A stretch of 64,000 nucleotides of DNA, taken from positions 5,799 to 69,798 of the forward strand of contig URDT01000001.1 of NCBI GenBank assembly GCA_900546745.1, read 5' to 3'. Position numbers and translations under genes: made by a program. Of this stretch, positions 10,941-22,986 are shown piece by piece. This DNA comes from an uncultured Mycoplasmatota bacterium. Its GTDB lineage: Bacteria > Bacillota_I > Bacilli_A > RF39 > UBA660. The notes beneath the pieces were generated by a model. It worked only from the letters and a program-made list of their open reading frames with translations, was not told the origin of the DNA and searched no databases. Position 1 is the first letter of the stretch. The number at the start of each line of letters is the position of its first letter.

Positions 10941-11213
10941 ATGTCAAAAACAGATTTAGTAAATTACATAGCAGAAGAAGTTGGATTAACAAAATCAGAT
11001 GCTACAAAAGCTTTAGAAGCTATGATGAATGGTGTAATTAAAGGATTAAAAGAAAGTGAAAAAGTTACTTTAACAGGGTTCTGTACTTTTGTTGCAAAAG
11101 AAAAACCAGAATCAACAGGACGTAATCCAAGAACTGGAGCTACTGTTACGATTCCAGCAAGAACAGCTGTTACAATCAAAGCTGGTTCTAAATTAAAAGA
11201 AGCTTTAAACTAA
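10941..11213 (+). CDS. hup: DNA-binding protein HU
   Basis: MSKTDLVNYIAEE...GFCTFVAKEKPESTGRNPRTG is the HU/IHF signature. RBS aggagg. Confidence 0.9.
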   Translation: MSKTDLVNYIAEEVGLTKSDATKALEAMMNGVIKGLKESEKVTLTGFCTFVAKEKPESTGRNPRTGATVTIPARTAVTIKAGSKLKEALN

Positions 11214-11278
11214 GAGACTAAGTTTCTTTTTTTTTTACAAATATTTAAAAAATATGATATGATAAAAATGGTGATATT

Positions 11279-11947
11279 ATGTATGAAGTGGCAATTAGTA
11301 TTTTAAAAGAGTTAAATGAATTGGGATATACTTCTTATATCATTGGTGGTTATCCAAGAGATCGTTTATTGAATCAGTCAAATGATGATATTGATATTTG
11401 TACAAGTGCTACTCCAGACATTATAAAGAAGCAATATGAAATAATAATTGATAATAGTAAATATGGTTCCTTACAAATCAAAAAAAATAATTATTATTTT
11501 GAAATTACTACTTTTAGAATAGAATTAGAATACCATGGTCGTTATCCAAAAATAAAATATACAAATGATATTTTAGAAGATTTAAATCGTAGAGATTTTA
11601 CTATTAATACATTTTGTATAGATCAATATGGTCAAATTCATGATTTTTTAAATGCTGAATCGGATTTAAAAAATGGTATTATCCGATGCATAGGAGATAC
11701 AGAAGTAAAAATAAAAGAAGATCCTATTAGAATTTTAAGAGCAATTCGATTTTCTACTAAACTAAACTTTAAGATCGAAAAAAATTTATTACAAGTGATT
11801 GACAAATATCAAGATTTAGTTTTAAATTTAAGTAATCATCAAATTGAAAAAGAACTTTCAAAAATGAATGAAAAAGGAATACAACAATTTAATCAATTAG
11901 AAATAGGGAGGAAATTTTATGCCAGAAAAAGTAATGGATTTAATTAA
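11279..11947 (+). CDS. tRNA nucleotidyltransferase/poly(A) polymerase-family protein (short)
   Basis: Pol-beta-type head motif GGYPRDRLL...DIDI. At 222 aa it is shorter than canonical CCA enzymes. Confidence 0.45.
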   Translation: MYEVAISILKELNELGYTSYIIGGYPRDRLLNQSNDDIDICTSATPDIIKKQYEIIIDNSKYGSLQIKKNNYYFEITTFRIELEYHGRYPKIKYTNDILEDLNRRDFTINTFCIDQYGQIHDFLNAESDLKNGIIRCIGDTEVKIKEDPIRILRAIRFSTKLNFKIEKNLLQVIDKYQDLVLNLSNHQIEKELSKMNEKGIQQFNQLEIGRKFYARKSNGFN

Positions 11948-12557
11948 AAATGGAAATTTTACGTTCCCCAAAATACTATTATTTAATTATCAAGAGTTAA
12001 AAATAAATGAAAGCCAATTAATTTTATTAATTTACTTAATGAATTTAAAAGATACAGAATTCAATCCAAATAATATTACAAAAGATTTAAAAATGCCATT
12101 AACAGATGTACTCACTAATATAGATGTCTTAACAAATTTAAATTTAATTAAAATCGATTTAAGGAAAATTGATGGAGTAAGGCATGAATTTATTAACATA
12201 GATCAATTATATGAAAAATTATTATATTTAGTAATTAATGAAGAAAAAGAAGAAATTCCATCAAATATTTTTAGTACATTTGAAACAGAATTTGGTCGCA
12301 CTCTGGCTCCTATGGAATATGAGATTATCAATAGCTGGATAGATTCAGGATATTCAGAAGAGTTAATCATAGCAGCTTTAAAGGAAGCTGTGTATAATGG
12401 AGTATTTAAATTAAACTATATTGATAAGATACTTTATGAATGGGGTAAAAAAGGAATAAAAAGTATTCAAGATATAGAAAAAGAGAAAACAAAATTTCAA
12501 TCAAAAAAAGAAGAGAAAAAGGAATTATATGACTACAATTGGTTGGAAGATGAATAA
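11919..12557 (+). CDS. dnaD: DnaD-domain replication initiation/membrane attachment protein
   Basis: C-terminal DDBH2 pattern EYEIINSWI...YIDKILYEWGKKGI. Immediately upstream of nth, as in Bacillus. Confidence 0.65.
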   Translation: MPEKVMDLIKNGNFTFPKILLFNYQELKINESQLILLIYLMNLKDTEFNPNNITKDLKMPLTDVLTNIDVLTNLNLIKIDLRKIDGVRHEFINIDQLYEKLLYLVINEEKEEIPSNIFSTFETEFGRTLAPMEYEIINSWIDSGYSEELIIAALKEAVYNGVFKLNYIDKILYEWGKKGIKSIQDIEKEKTKFQSKKEEKKELYDYNWLEDE

Positions 12558-13182
12558 TACCTTAGAGTATTTAGATGAATTATTCCCAGAGGCAAAATGT
12601 GAATTAAACTATAGTAAAGACTATGAATTACTAATAGCTGTTATGCTTTCAGCACAAACAACAGATAAGAGAGTAAATGAAGTAACAAAGGTATTATTTT
12701 CTAAGTATCCTACTTTGGAAACACTAAGTAAGTCTAATATTTCAGATTTAAAAAAAATTATATATCCACTAGGTACGTATACGAAAAAATCCCAAAATAT
12801 TATTGATATAGCAAATTCTTTGATAAATATTGGCGGAACAGTTCCAAATGATAGAAAATTTTTAGAAAGCTTAAGTGGCGTAGGTCGTAAGACAACTAAT
12901 GTAGTACTTAGTATTCTTTATAATGAACCATGTATAGCAGTGGATACTCATGTTGCTAGAGTTAGTAAAAGATTAGGATTTGCTAATAAAAATGATGATG
13001 TATTAAAAATTGAAAAAAAATTAACAAAAATAATTTCTAAAAATAAAATGAATAAAGCTCATCATCAATTTGTTTTATTTGGAAGATATTATTGTATAGC
13101 TAGAAATCCTAAATGTATTGATTGTAAGTTACAAGATTTTTGTAAATATAAAAAAAACACTTCAAAAGAGAACTTCCCTTAG
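12529..13182 (+). CDS. nth: Endonuclease III
   Basis: HhH-GPD motif LSGVGRKTTNVVL and C-terminal FeS cysteines CIARNPKCIDCKLQDFC. Confidence 0.85.
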   Translation: MTTIGWKMNNTLEYLDELFPEAKCELNYSKDYELLIAVMLSAQTTDKRVNEVTKVLFSKYPTLETLSKSNISDLKKIIYPLGTYTKKSQNIIDIANSLINIGGTVPNDRKFLESLSGVGRKTTNVVLSILYNEPCIAVDTHVARVSKRLGFANKNDDVLKIEKKLTKIISKNKMNKAHHQFVLFGRYYCIARNPKCIDCKLQDFCKYKKNTSKENFP

Positions 13183-13243
13183 GGATTAAGTAATTTTTAG
13201 AAAAAGGCAAAAATTGAAATATAGTTTATGCCTTTTTCTTTTG

Positions 13244-14880
<1,637 letters not shown>

Positions 14881-14892
14881 TTATCTCCTTTC

Positions 14893-16847
14893 TTATTGAC
14901 AGCCTTCTTTTTGAAGTAATTCATATCCATCCAATAACCAATTAAGTATTGCACTTTGTATTTCTAGTTTGGCAAATTCATTTTTAAACGATTTATCTTG
15001 TTCTGTTTCATCAAAATGCCTTTCAAAAGGAATAATTATAACTCTACCACTTGTAAATATAGTCATATCATTTACTGCAGGTAGGTAGTTTGTGTTTATA
15101 TATATTTTGAATTGTGGTTTAAAATCAAAACTATTTTCATGGAGAAATCTTGCATTTAAGGTATTATTACCAGTCATGCTTTTAACTTGCGCAGCATTTA
15201 AAACTAAACCTTTACTAGCTCTGATATATTAACAAAACGAACTCCTGCAAGTCTTGCAATATCCTCAGTAGGTTGTGAGCTATTTGCATTATTTTTAATA
15301 GCTATTGTTTCAAGTATTGCAGTACAACCATAAGAGCCTAAAACCTTTAATATACTTTCACATAAAGTTCCTTTACCATTTCTAGTACTTGCACCATATA
15401 AAATAGTCATACATTCATGTCTTGTATCTCCAGTAAGTGCATAGCCAAATATCTTCTGTAAAAATTTTGCTTTATCTTTATCTCCAGACATTATTTCTAA
15501 AATAAAATTATTCCATTTATCACTGTGAGCATTTAGATTAAATTTTACATTTGAAATTTTAGTTAATTTATCTGAACTTTTATGACGACTTTTAACGTTT
15601 ATTGTTCCATTTTTACAATTAAAAATATAAGGGTCAGTATCAAATTCTGATATTGATATAGGATGATAAACTTGAGCATCTTTTAAAATGTTTACTCTGT
15701 AAGTATGAGATTGTCATTTTTTTGAATAATCCATATAACTTTTTCGTTTGTGTTCATCAGTAATTTTTAAAGCATACATATGAAGTAAATTAGCAAGAGC
15801 CATACATAACTTCATTGCTTTTAAGCCACCAATATCTTGTGATCATATTCCGTTTTCATTGTAAAACCAAGATTTGCGTTCTAGTACATAAAGAAGTTTT
15901 TCTTGATAGAAATCTGCAAATAACATTCCTGAACCAATGTCAGTCCAAGGACACTTTGAAAAATCAATTATTTCTAATGAGAGATCACTATCAAAATCTT
16001 TATCTATCGTTGTTTGTGACACTGGAGAATAATAACTTGTAATACCTGATAATGCTTTATTAATTGTTAAATTTCCATATGTAGCATTTCCATGAAGTTC
16101 ATCCCATTTATGGAGAAATAATTTAGATTTTCTGTATAATCTATCAATTTGTTTTTTATCTCCATTGCAGTAGAATGCAAGTACAGAAATAAGAGCAAGA
16201 TCAGCCTCACTTTGAGATGGATAATCCGAAATATCTTCGCTCCACAACTTATTAAATTTTGTTCCTTGTTTAGATAACATTGCTTTTTGAATAACATTAT
16301 CATCGGTAAGATAACTTCCATTGTTTTCTGGTATAACTGTAGTGTTGTTGTTTTCACGTTTCATATAAGTATCAATTAACCATTGAAATCTATCCATGTT
16401 TTCAACAATTTCTAAATTTTGTATTGCATTTCCCGTGATAGTCACAAAACGATTTGTAGAGCCACTAACATATACTTCAACATTACCTTTTTTAATGTAA
16501 TAGTTTTCTTTATCATAAGAATAACCATCTTGAGTAAATAGAAGAATACGCAATCCATTACCACTAGTACTAATCTCAATATAAGTGTTTTTAAAATGAA
16601 AAATAATTTCTTCAGACCAAGAATACAGTTTTCCATCAACTTTTATTCAAATACCATCATAAATATCTAACCTTGAAACTGTTAAATTAAAATCAGAAAA
16701 TGTAGATGTATCATTAACTGATGCCTTAGTATTTGAATGTGGATTATATGGAACTTTTGTTAGTTTGCCATTACGTGTTTCATATTTCCAATTACAAAAT
16801 CCAGCATTATCTTTAAGATAACTTGGTATGTTTTCTAAATTTACCAT
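14893..16847 (-). pseudogene. Phage/plasmid primase (prim-pol N-domain and P4/D5-type C-terminal NTPase), disrupted
   Basis: N-terminal [31 protein letters not shown] prim-pol signature. C-terminal KAKFLQKIFGYALTG...GASTRNGKGT...RLAGVRFVNISE is the D5_N/P4 Walker-A region. In-frame TGA at 16647-16649 and 15843-15845, and frameshifts in A-runs near 15205 and ~15700. Confidence 0.7.
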
Positions 16848-17033
16848 TTAAATTTCCTCCTAACATATCGAAGGAATAACTCCTCCTAAATGCTAGTCAA
16901 AGGAAAAGCGTTAAATTTTAGCCTCAAGAGTAAAAAATATCTAAATTAATATTGAATTTTTAGATATTTTATTGAATAAAAAGTATATAAATGATAAAAT
17001 AAGAATCGTAATGAAATAATACGGAGGTATTAA

Positions 17034-17243
17034 ATGAAGATAAGTTACAATAAACTGTGGAAACTAATAATAGATAAAGGAATAAATAAAACACAACTTC
17101 GTGAGCAAACAGGAATAACTACAAATATATTAGCTAAACTAGGTAAAAATGAATCAGTTCAATTAGAAGTTTTAGTTAAGATTTGTGATGTTTTAGATTG
17201 TAAAATAGATGATATTGTGGAATATGAATTAGGAGGTAAATAA
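17034..17243 (+). CDS. XRE-family HTH protein upstream of mod (possible controller)
   Basis: KTQLREQTGITTNILAKLGKNES is an HTH_3. Its stop overlaps the mod start. Confidence 0.55.
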   Translation: MKISYNKLWKLIIDKGINKTQLREQTGITTNILAKLGKNESVQLEVLVKICDVLDCKIDDIVEYELGGK

Positions 17244-18877
17244 TGAATTTTGAAAATATGTCAAAAGAAGAATTAATCGAATATATTAATAACTTAAACG
17301 AAGAACATAGTGGAAAATATGGATTAGTCTGGGATGCAGAAAAAGTACCAGAACAAGTTGTTGTAGATTGTAATAAACTAATTCCAGTTTTAAAAGAAGA
17401 AGAAAGTAAAAAGATTGATAATGGTGGTGAAGATAATATCTTAATTGAAGGGGATAATTTTCATTCTTTATCAGTTTTGAATTATACACATAAAGAATCA
17501 ATTGATGTTATTTATATTGATCCGCCATATAACACAGGGAAAGAATTTATTTATAATGATAAAATAATAAATGAAGAAGATGGTTATAGACATAGTAAAT
17601 GGCTAAATTTTATGTCTAAGAGATTAAAACTTTCAAGGAATTTACTAAAAGATTCAGGAATTATTTTTATAAGTATTAATGATATTGAATTTGCTCAGCT
17701 AAAATTATTGTGTGATTCAATATTTGGAAACATGAACTATATATCTATCATTACGTGGCAAAACTTAGATTCTATAAAAAATGATGCTAAATATTTTTCA
17801 ACAAATACAGAATATATATTAGTATATGCAAAAAATAAATTTGAATTAAAAATACAAGGTACTAAAAAAGGCGAAAAACAAATGTCATATTATAAAAACT
17901 ATGATAATGATCCAAGAGGTGCTTATTTACTTACTCCACTTCATGCTAAAAGTGGATCTGAATCTGGTAAATATGAGTACACTTTTTCAAATGGTCAAAC
18001 ATGGAACGCACCTGAAGGCACATATCCTAGATTCGCCATTTCAACCTTACAAAGATTAGATTATGAAGGAAGAATCTATCTAGATCCAAAAGGTAAAAAA
18101 GTTCCACAAAAGAAAACTTATTTAAGCGAAGTAGGAGATAGAATGCCACCTGTTACATTTTGGTCTGCATCTGAATATGGAAGTACAAGACAATCAAATA
18201 ATGAATTATCTAAAATAGTAGGAAAAGGAAAATTTCAAAATCCAAAGCCAATAAAATTAATAAAAAAATTGCTTGATTTAATTGATAATAAAGAAGCTGT
18301 AATTTTAGATTTCTTTGCAGGTAGTGGAACAACAGGGCAAGCAGTATTAGAGCTAAATAAAGAAGATGGAGGAAATAGAAAATTTATCTTATGTACAAAT
18401 AATGAAAATAATATTTGTGAAGAAGTAACATATCAAAGACTTTCAAATGTTATAAATGGATATAATGGGAAAGAAGGATTAAAGGGTTCACTAAAATATT
18501 TCAAGACGGATTTTGTTGAAAATAATTCTACTCGAGATCAAATATATTTTGATTTAACAGAAAAATGTGTACCAATGTTATGTGTTAAAGAATCTACATT
18601 TAATTTAGTAGAAAAAACAGATTCATATGTTATCTATAAAGATAAAGATGATATAAATTATACTTGTATTTATTTTGACATATATCATAATCATTATAAT
18701 GAATTTATTGAAAAGATTAAAGATATCAAAAATAATAAAGCACTATATATATTCTCTCTTGATAACCGAGTTGAAGAATATGAATTAGATGGAATTACTA
18801 ATTATAAAGTAGAAGCAATACCTCAAAAGATTTATGACTTATATAGAAAATTAGTAAAACTAAGTAAGGAGAACTAA
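17243..18877 (+). CDS. mod: Type III restriction-modification methyltransferase (Mod)
   Basis: Motif IV YIDPPYNTG precedes motif I FFAGSGTTGQA (beta-class order), followed by a TRD-like middle region. Confidence 0.85.
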   Translation: MNFENMSKEELIEYINNLNEEHSGKYGLVWDAEKVPEQVVVDCNKLIPVLKEEESKKIDNGGEDNILIEGDNFHSLSVLNYTHKESIDVIYIDPPYNTGKEFIYNDKIINEEDGYRHSKWLNFMSKRLKLSRNLLKDSGIIFISINDIEFAQLKLLCDSIFGNMNYISIITWQNLDSIKNDAKYFSTNTEYILVYAKNKFELKIQGTKKGEKQMSYYKNYDNDPRGAYLLTPLHAKSGSESGKYEYTFSNGQTWNAPEGTYPRFAISTLQRLDYEGRIYLDPKGKKVPQKKTYLSEVGDRMPPVTFWSASEYGSTRQSNNELSKIVGKGKFQNPKPIKLIKKLLDLIDNKEAVILDFFAGSGTTGQAVLELNKEDGGNRKFILCTNNENNICEEVTYQRLSNVINGYNGKEGLKGSLKYFKTDFVENNSTRDQIYFDLTEKCVPMLCVKESTFNLVEKTDSYVIYKDKDDINYTCIYFDIYHNHYNEFIEKIKDIKNNKALYIFSLDNRVEEYELDGITNYKVEAIPQKIYDLYRKLVKLSKEN

Positions 18878-18879
18878 TT

Positions 18880-21468
18880 ATGAAGAAGTTAAAAGATTAT
18901 CAAAGAACTGCAATAAGTCAATTGTTGCAATTTACTAATATATATTTAAAAACTCCAAAAAATGAAACTATTGTATTTCAAGCTCCAACAGGTTCTGGTA
19001 AAACAATAACAATGGCAAGATACATACAAGATATAGCAGAAGAATCTGATGAAGATTTATGTTTTTTATGGATTAGTATTGGTAAAGGAGATTTACACAG
19101 ACAAAGTCAAAAAAGTGTTAAAAGAGAAATTGGCGAAGCAATTGAATGTAGTTTATTGGAAGATGAATTCTTTGGATCTCGTGATATTATAAACCAAAAT
19201 GAGGTCGTATTTGTTAACTGGGAAAAAATCAGAACCAAAGATAGAAAAACAAACGAATTTAAAAATGTTTTAATGAAGGATTCTGAGAATAATAACTTTC
19301 CTTTAATATTAGAGAATACAAGAAATAATAATAGACGAATTATATTAATTATTGACGAGTCTCATTCTTCTTCAACCACAGAAAGAGCACTTGAAATTAG
19401 AGATGAAATTATTCAACCAGATTTAACTATTGAAATGAGTGCAACTCCAATATTAACTGGCAATATGAATGCTAAAATTGAGATTGATCCAATTGACGTT
19501 ATCAACGAAGGCATGATAAAAAAAGAAATCATAATAAATGATAAAATTGCTAAAATAATAGAAAACGAAGAAGAAGAAAAAACGAGTGAGTTATTAGTTT
19601 TAGAATCAGCTTATTATAAGCAAGAGGAATTAAAGCAAAGATATAATGAATTATATAAAAATGGAGAGTGTAAAACTAAAATTACGCCATTAACTCTTAT
19701 TCAGTTACCAAATTCAGCTTATGGAGAGCAAAAAAGGGAATCTGTGGAAAGATTTCTTGAAGCAAAAGGAATCACAACATCTAATGGTAAATTAGCAATA
19801 TGGTTAAGTGATGAAAAAGTAAATGAAGAAGTAGATGTACTAAATTCACTTGATAGTAAAGTAGAATATTTGATTTTTAAAATGGCTATTGATACTGGAT
19901 GGGATTGCCCTAGAGCTCAAGTTTTATTAAAATTTAGAGAAGTAAATAGCATTGTTTTTGAAATTCAAACGGTTGGTAGAATTTTAAGAATGCCAGAAGC
20001 AAAACATTATACAGATGAAGTGTTAAACAAAGCATATGTTTATTCTAATATTCAATCTATAACAATAAAAAAAGAAGTATATAATCCAAACATTATTAAA
20101 TCATATGCATCGAATGTAAAAGAAGAATATAAAGTTCCAGTTATAGATATGTCATTAACTACTGAAAAAAATAATGAGTCAGAACAAAAAGAAATAAATC
20201 TATTTAATGAATATACAAAGATAATTGATGACATTACTACAGGTAATTATATAAATACACAGCCAAGTGATTTTATGATAAAGGAATCATCAGAAGAATA
20301 TAATGCTAAAGTAAAAGATGTAAATGAACAAAAAGATGACAATGTTATTTTGCCAAAAGTAGATGATAATCTAAAAGAAGACAAAAGAATACCAGTTATA
20401 ACATTAACGTCTTATTATAAAAAAAGAGTTGATTTTGGAGATATTACCTCCTCTTTCTATGAAGTGTACGAAAAATATTTTTGTGAGTATTTCGGAATAA
20501 CAAGAGTAAAAGATTTCACGACTGAATTTAATGAAAATATTCAAAAATTAAAAAATCATAATATTAGTTTTGATTTAAGAAAGAAGGATTCTATTTTATC
20601 TGATGTTCATATAGAATCAACCGAAGTTGATAATGAAAAATTACAAATTGATTTTACTGAATCTTTAGTAGGTATAAATATGAGTGAAAGTGATTTGCAA
20701 TATGATTTTGAAAGAGTAATAAAAAATAACTTAAATGGATTTGCTCCAGTAAGGTCTGTATCAACAGTTAAGATGGCTATAATAAACACATTTATAAAAT
20801 ATTTAAATATTAAACCTGCAAATAAAGGAATTATCCTAATACAAAATTTGATTATTAATAATAGTGAAAAATTTGGAGAAATTATAAATATTTCAACTGA
20901 AAAGTATAAGCCAATCCATGAATTAGAGGTCGATCAAAAAGTTGGATATGAATTAAATCAAAATTGGCATATTCCAATGTCAAAAAATTATAATCCAAAT
21001 ACCAGCATTGAAATTCATTCTAAATTGTCAATTCATCAACCATTATACATGGAAACTAAAGATGGCAAGGTTGACCAACTTGAAGTTGATTTCATTAAAT
21101 ATTTAGATGAACATGATGATGTGATTGAGTATTTTTGGAAAAACGGTTCAGAGCATATGAATACAAACTTTGGTATTATGAAAAAAGATGGTTCAACATT
21201 CCAACCAGACTTTTTGATTCAATTCAAAGATGGAAGAATTGGAATATTTGATACTAAAGCTGGAAAAGGATTTAATGAAAATGATAATAAAGAAAAATCA
21301 GAAGCATTAATTCAGTACATAGTTGATGAAAATAAAAAAGGAAAAAACCTTGTTGGAGGATTAGTAATAAGAGATAATGATAAATGGTTATACTATGATA
21401 GAGGTGTGTATAATTCATTTAAAGAAAGTCCAAGTGATTGGTATAATTTCAATAATTTATTAAATTAA
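18880..21468 (+). CDS. res: Type III restriction enzyme Res subunit (helicase-nuclease)
   Basis: Walker A FQAPTGSGKT and DEAH box IIDESH. Its position immediately after mod is the Type III arrangement. Confidence 0.85.
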   Translation: MKKLKDYQRTAISQLLQFTNIYLKTPKNETIVFQAPTGSGKTITMARYIQDIAEESDEDLCFLWISIGKGDLHRQSQKSVKREIGEAIECSLLEDEFFGSRDIINQNEVVFVNWEKIRTKDRKTNEFKNVLMKDSENNNFPLILENTRNNNRRIILIIDESHSSSTTERALEIRDEIIQPDLTIEMSATPILTGNMNAKIEIDPIDVINEGMIKKEIIINDKIAKIIENEEEEKTSELLVLESAYYKQEELKQRYNELYKNGECKTKITPLTLIQLPNSAYGEQKRESVERFLEAKGITTSNGKLAIWLSDEKVNEEVDVLNSLDSKVEYLIFKMAIDTGWDCPRAQVLLKFREVNSIVFEIQTVGRILRMPEAKHYTDEVLNKAYVYSNIQSITIKKEVYNPNIIKSYASNVKEEYKVPVIDMSLTTEKNNESEQKEINLFNEYTKIIDDITTGNYINTQPSDFMIKESSEEYNAKVKDVNEQKDDNVILPKVDDNLKEDKRIPVITLTSYYKKRVDFGDITSSFYEVYEKYFCEYFGITRVKDFTTEFNENIQKLKNHNISFDLRKKDSILSDVHIESTEVDNEKLQIDFTESLVGINMSESDLQYDFERVIKNNLNGFAPVRSVSTVKMAIINTFIKYLNIKPANKGIILIQNLIINNSEKFGEIINISTEKYKPIHELEVDQKVGYELNQNWHIPMSKNYNPNTSIEIHSKLSIHQPLYMETKDGKVDQLEVDFIKYLDEHDDVIEYFWKNGSEHMNTNFGIMKKDGSTFQPDFLIQFKDGRIGIFDTKAGKGFNENDNKEKSEALIQYIVDENKKGKNLVGGLVIRDNDKWLYYDRGVYNSFKESPSDWYNFNNLLN

Positions 21469-21569
21469 TAAAGATAATAAGTCTACATTAAGTTGTAGGC
21501 TTATTCTTATATTCTATAAAATTCTCTAAAGCCTCTTTCAAGCCGCAATTGCTACATATTTTAGTTTTA

Positions 21570-21836
21570 TTATCTTTTCGATATAGCAGGATGTTCTTCA
21601 TATTCATTATTACAAGTTGGGCACACAGGATATATTTTAAATGTATGATGTGTTTTTAGGCATATTTCTTCAACTTCATCTAATTCTTTATCTGAAAACA
21701 TTCTAGCTCCGTCAATAGTTTCTGAACAACAGCTTACTTTAAACATTGATCCAAATAACATTTGATTATTAAATTTTTGAAAATAAACTTCTTGTGCTTT
21801 GATATTACCTTTTAATATATACATATTATTTATCAC
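21570..21836 (-). CDS. Hypothetical Cys-rich small protein (zinc-ribbon-like)
   Basis: CC...C...CPTC pattern. Overlaps the upstream small gene, so they form an operon. Confidence 0.3.
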   Translation of the reverse strand: MINNMYILKGNIKAQEVYFQKFNNQMLFGSMFKVSCCSETIDGARMFSDKELDEVEEICLKTHHTFKIYPVCPTCNNEYEEHPAISKR

Positions 21837-22071
21837 CTTTTAAATCATTTAATTTCTTTAATAATACGCATCTTTCCATAAGTAATAAAATAAATTCATT
21901 AAATGTGTCATCTGTAATTGCAGTAGATATTAAGTTGATTTCAAATTGATTAGTTGCATCATCGTAAGTAATTTGAATATTAGGATCAATATCTTCTGGT
22001 TTAATAAAATTAAGTTCATCCAAAATTTTATAGCCATGAGATTTTAATAATTTTTTTTGCTTTTCATTCAT
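21826..22071 (-). CDS. Hypothetical protein
   Basis: ORF only. Co-directional and overlapping with 21570-21836. Confidence 0.3.
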   Translation of the reverse strand: MNEKQKKLLKSHGYKILDELNFIKPEDIDPNIQITYDDATNQFEINLISTAITDDTFNEFILLLMERCVLLKKLNDLKGDK

Positions 22072-22321
22072 AATAGCTTGCTCCTTTTCTTTAATTTAGG
22101 TTAGTCTATTAATCACTCTAAAGAAGAAATATAGCAAGTTATATTTTGTAAATTTATAGTTATATTATTTTGTTTGTGATATAATTGGATAAAATTTAAA
22201 TATATAAATAGTAATTTTTTATATAGATAAAGGATTAACAAGAAATGTTAAAATGCATTGCTTGTGGCAACGGCATAGTTCTTTATATAATATTTTTATA
22301 AAAGGAAGGAAGTCGATTTTA

Positions 22322-22834
22322 ATGTTAAAAGATAATATTAAATCAGTTAGAAAGTCAAAAGGACTTTCGCAGGAAGAACTTGCTATAAAATTAAGCGTAG
22401 TGAGACAAACAATTTCAAAATGAGAACAAGGATTATCTGTTCCAGATTCCGAGTTATTAATTAGATTGGCAGAAGAACTAGACACTCCAGTAAGTACATT
22501 GCTTGGAGAAAATATTGATGAAAAGAAACAAGATGATTTAAAGGTAATTGCGGAGAAATTAGAAGTAATTAATTTACAATTATCTCAAAAAAAAGAAAAT
22601 AGAAGGAAAATTTTTCATTGGATATTTATTATAATATGTTTATTTACAATATTAGCATTTATTGTTTTAGGTACATCTGTTGGTAATAGTTATATGGAAT
22701 GGAACTATAATGATCCTGAACTAGCTGTACTTGGAACATTAATTCATTCAATTGTATGGATATTTGTTAGAATAGCCCCTCTAATATTTATTGGTTCAAT
22801 TGTTGGAATCATTTTAACAAGAAAGAAAAAATAA
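22322..22834 (+). pseudogene. XRE-HTH and transmembrane-domain protein with an in-frame TGA at codon 34
   Basis: MLKDN...LSQEELAIKLSVVRQTISK[TGA]EQGLSVPDSELLIRLAEEL, then 2-3 TM helices. The TGA at 22421-22423 replaces the invariant Trp of the HTH_3 'SKWE' motif. Confidence 0.6.
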
Positions 22835-22864
22835 TCTCGGCAACAGCATACAAGTTTATATGAG

Positions 22865-22915
22865 TAACTAAAAAAATAACCACATCAGATATTAAATCTA
22901 ATGTGGTTATTTTAG
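22865..22915. terminator. Bidirectional hairpin terminator between convergent genes
   Basis: Palindrome aaataaccacat...atgtggttattt. Confidence 0.45.
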
Positions 22916-22986
22916 TTCCATTTGAAGGCTTAATTAAGTTTTTTATTAAAAATCCCTAATTGAAACCTTCAAATTGAAGTGCTTTT

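Noticed and set aside
11279-11947. Full-length CCA-adding enzyme
   Set aside because: Only the nucleotidyltransferase head domain (~220 aa) is present, and the ORF ends where dnaD begins. It is called only as a family member of uncertain function.
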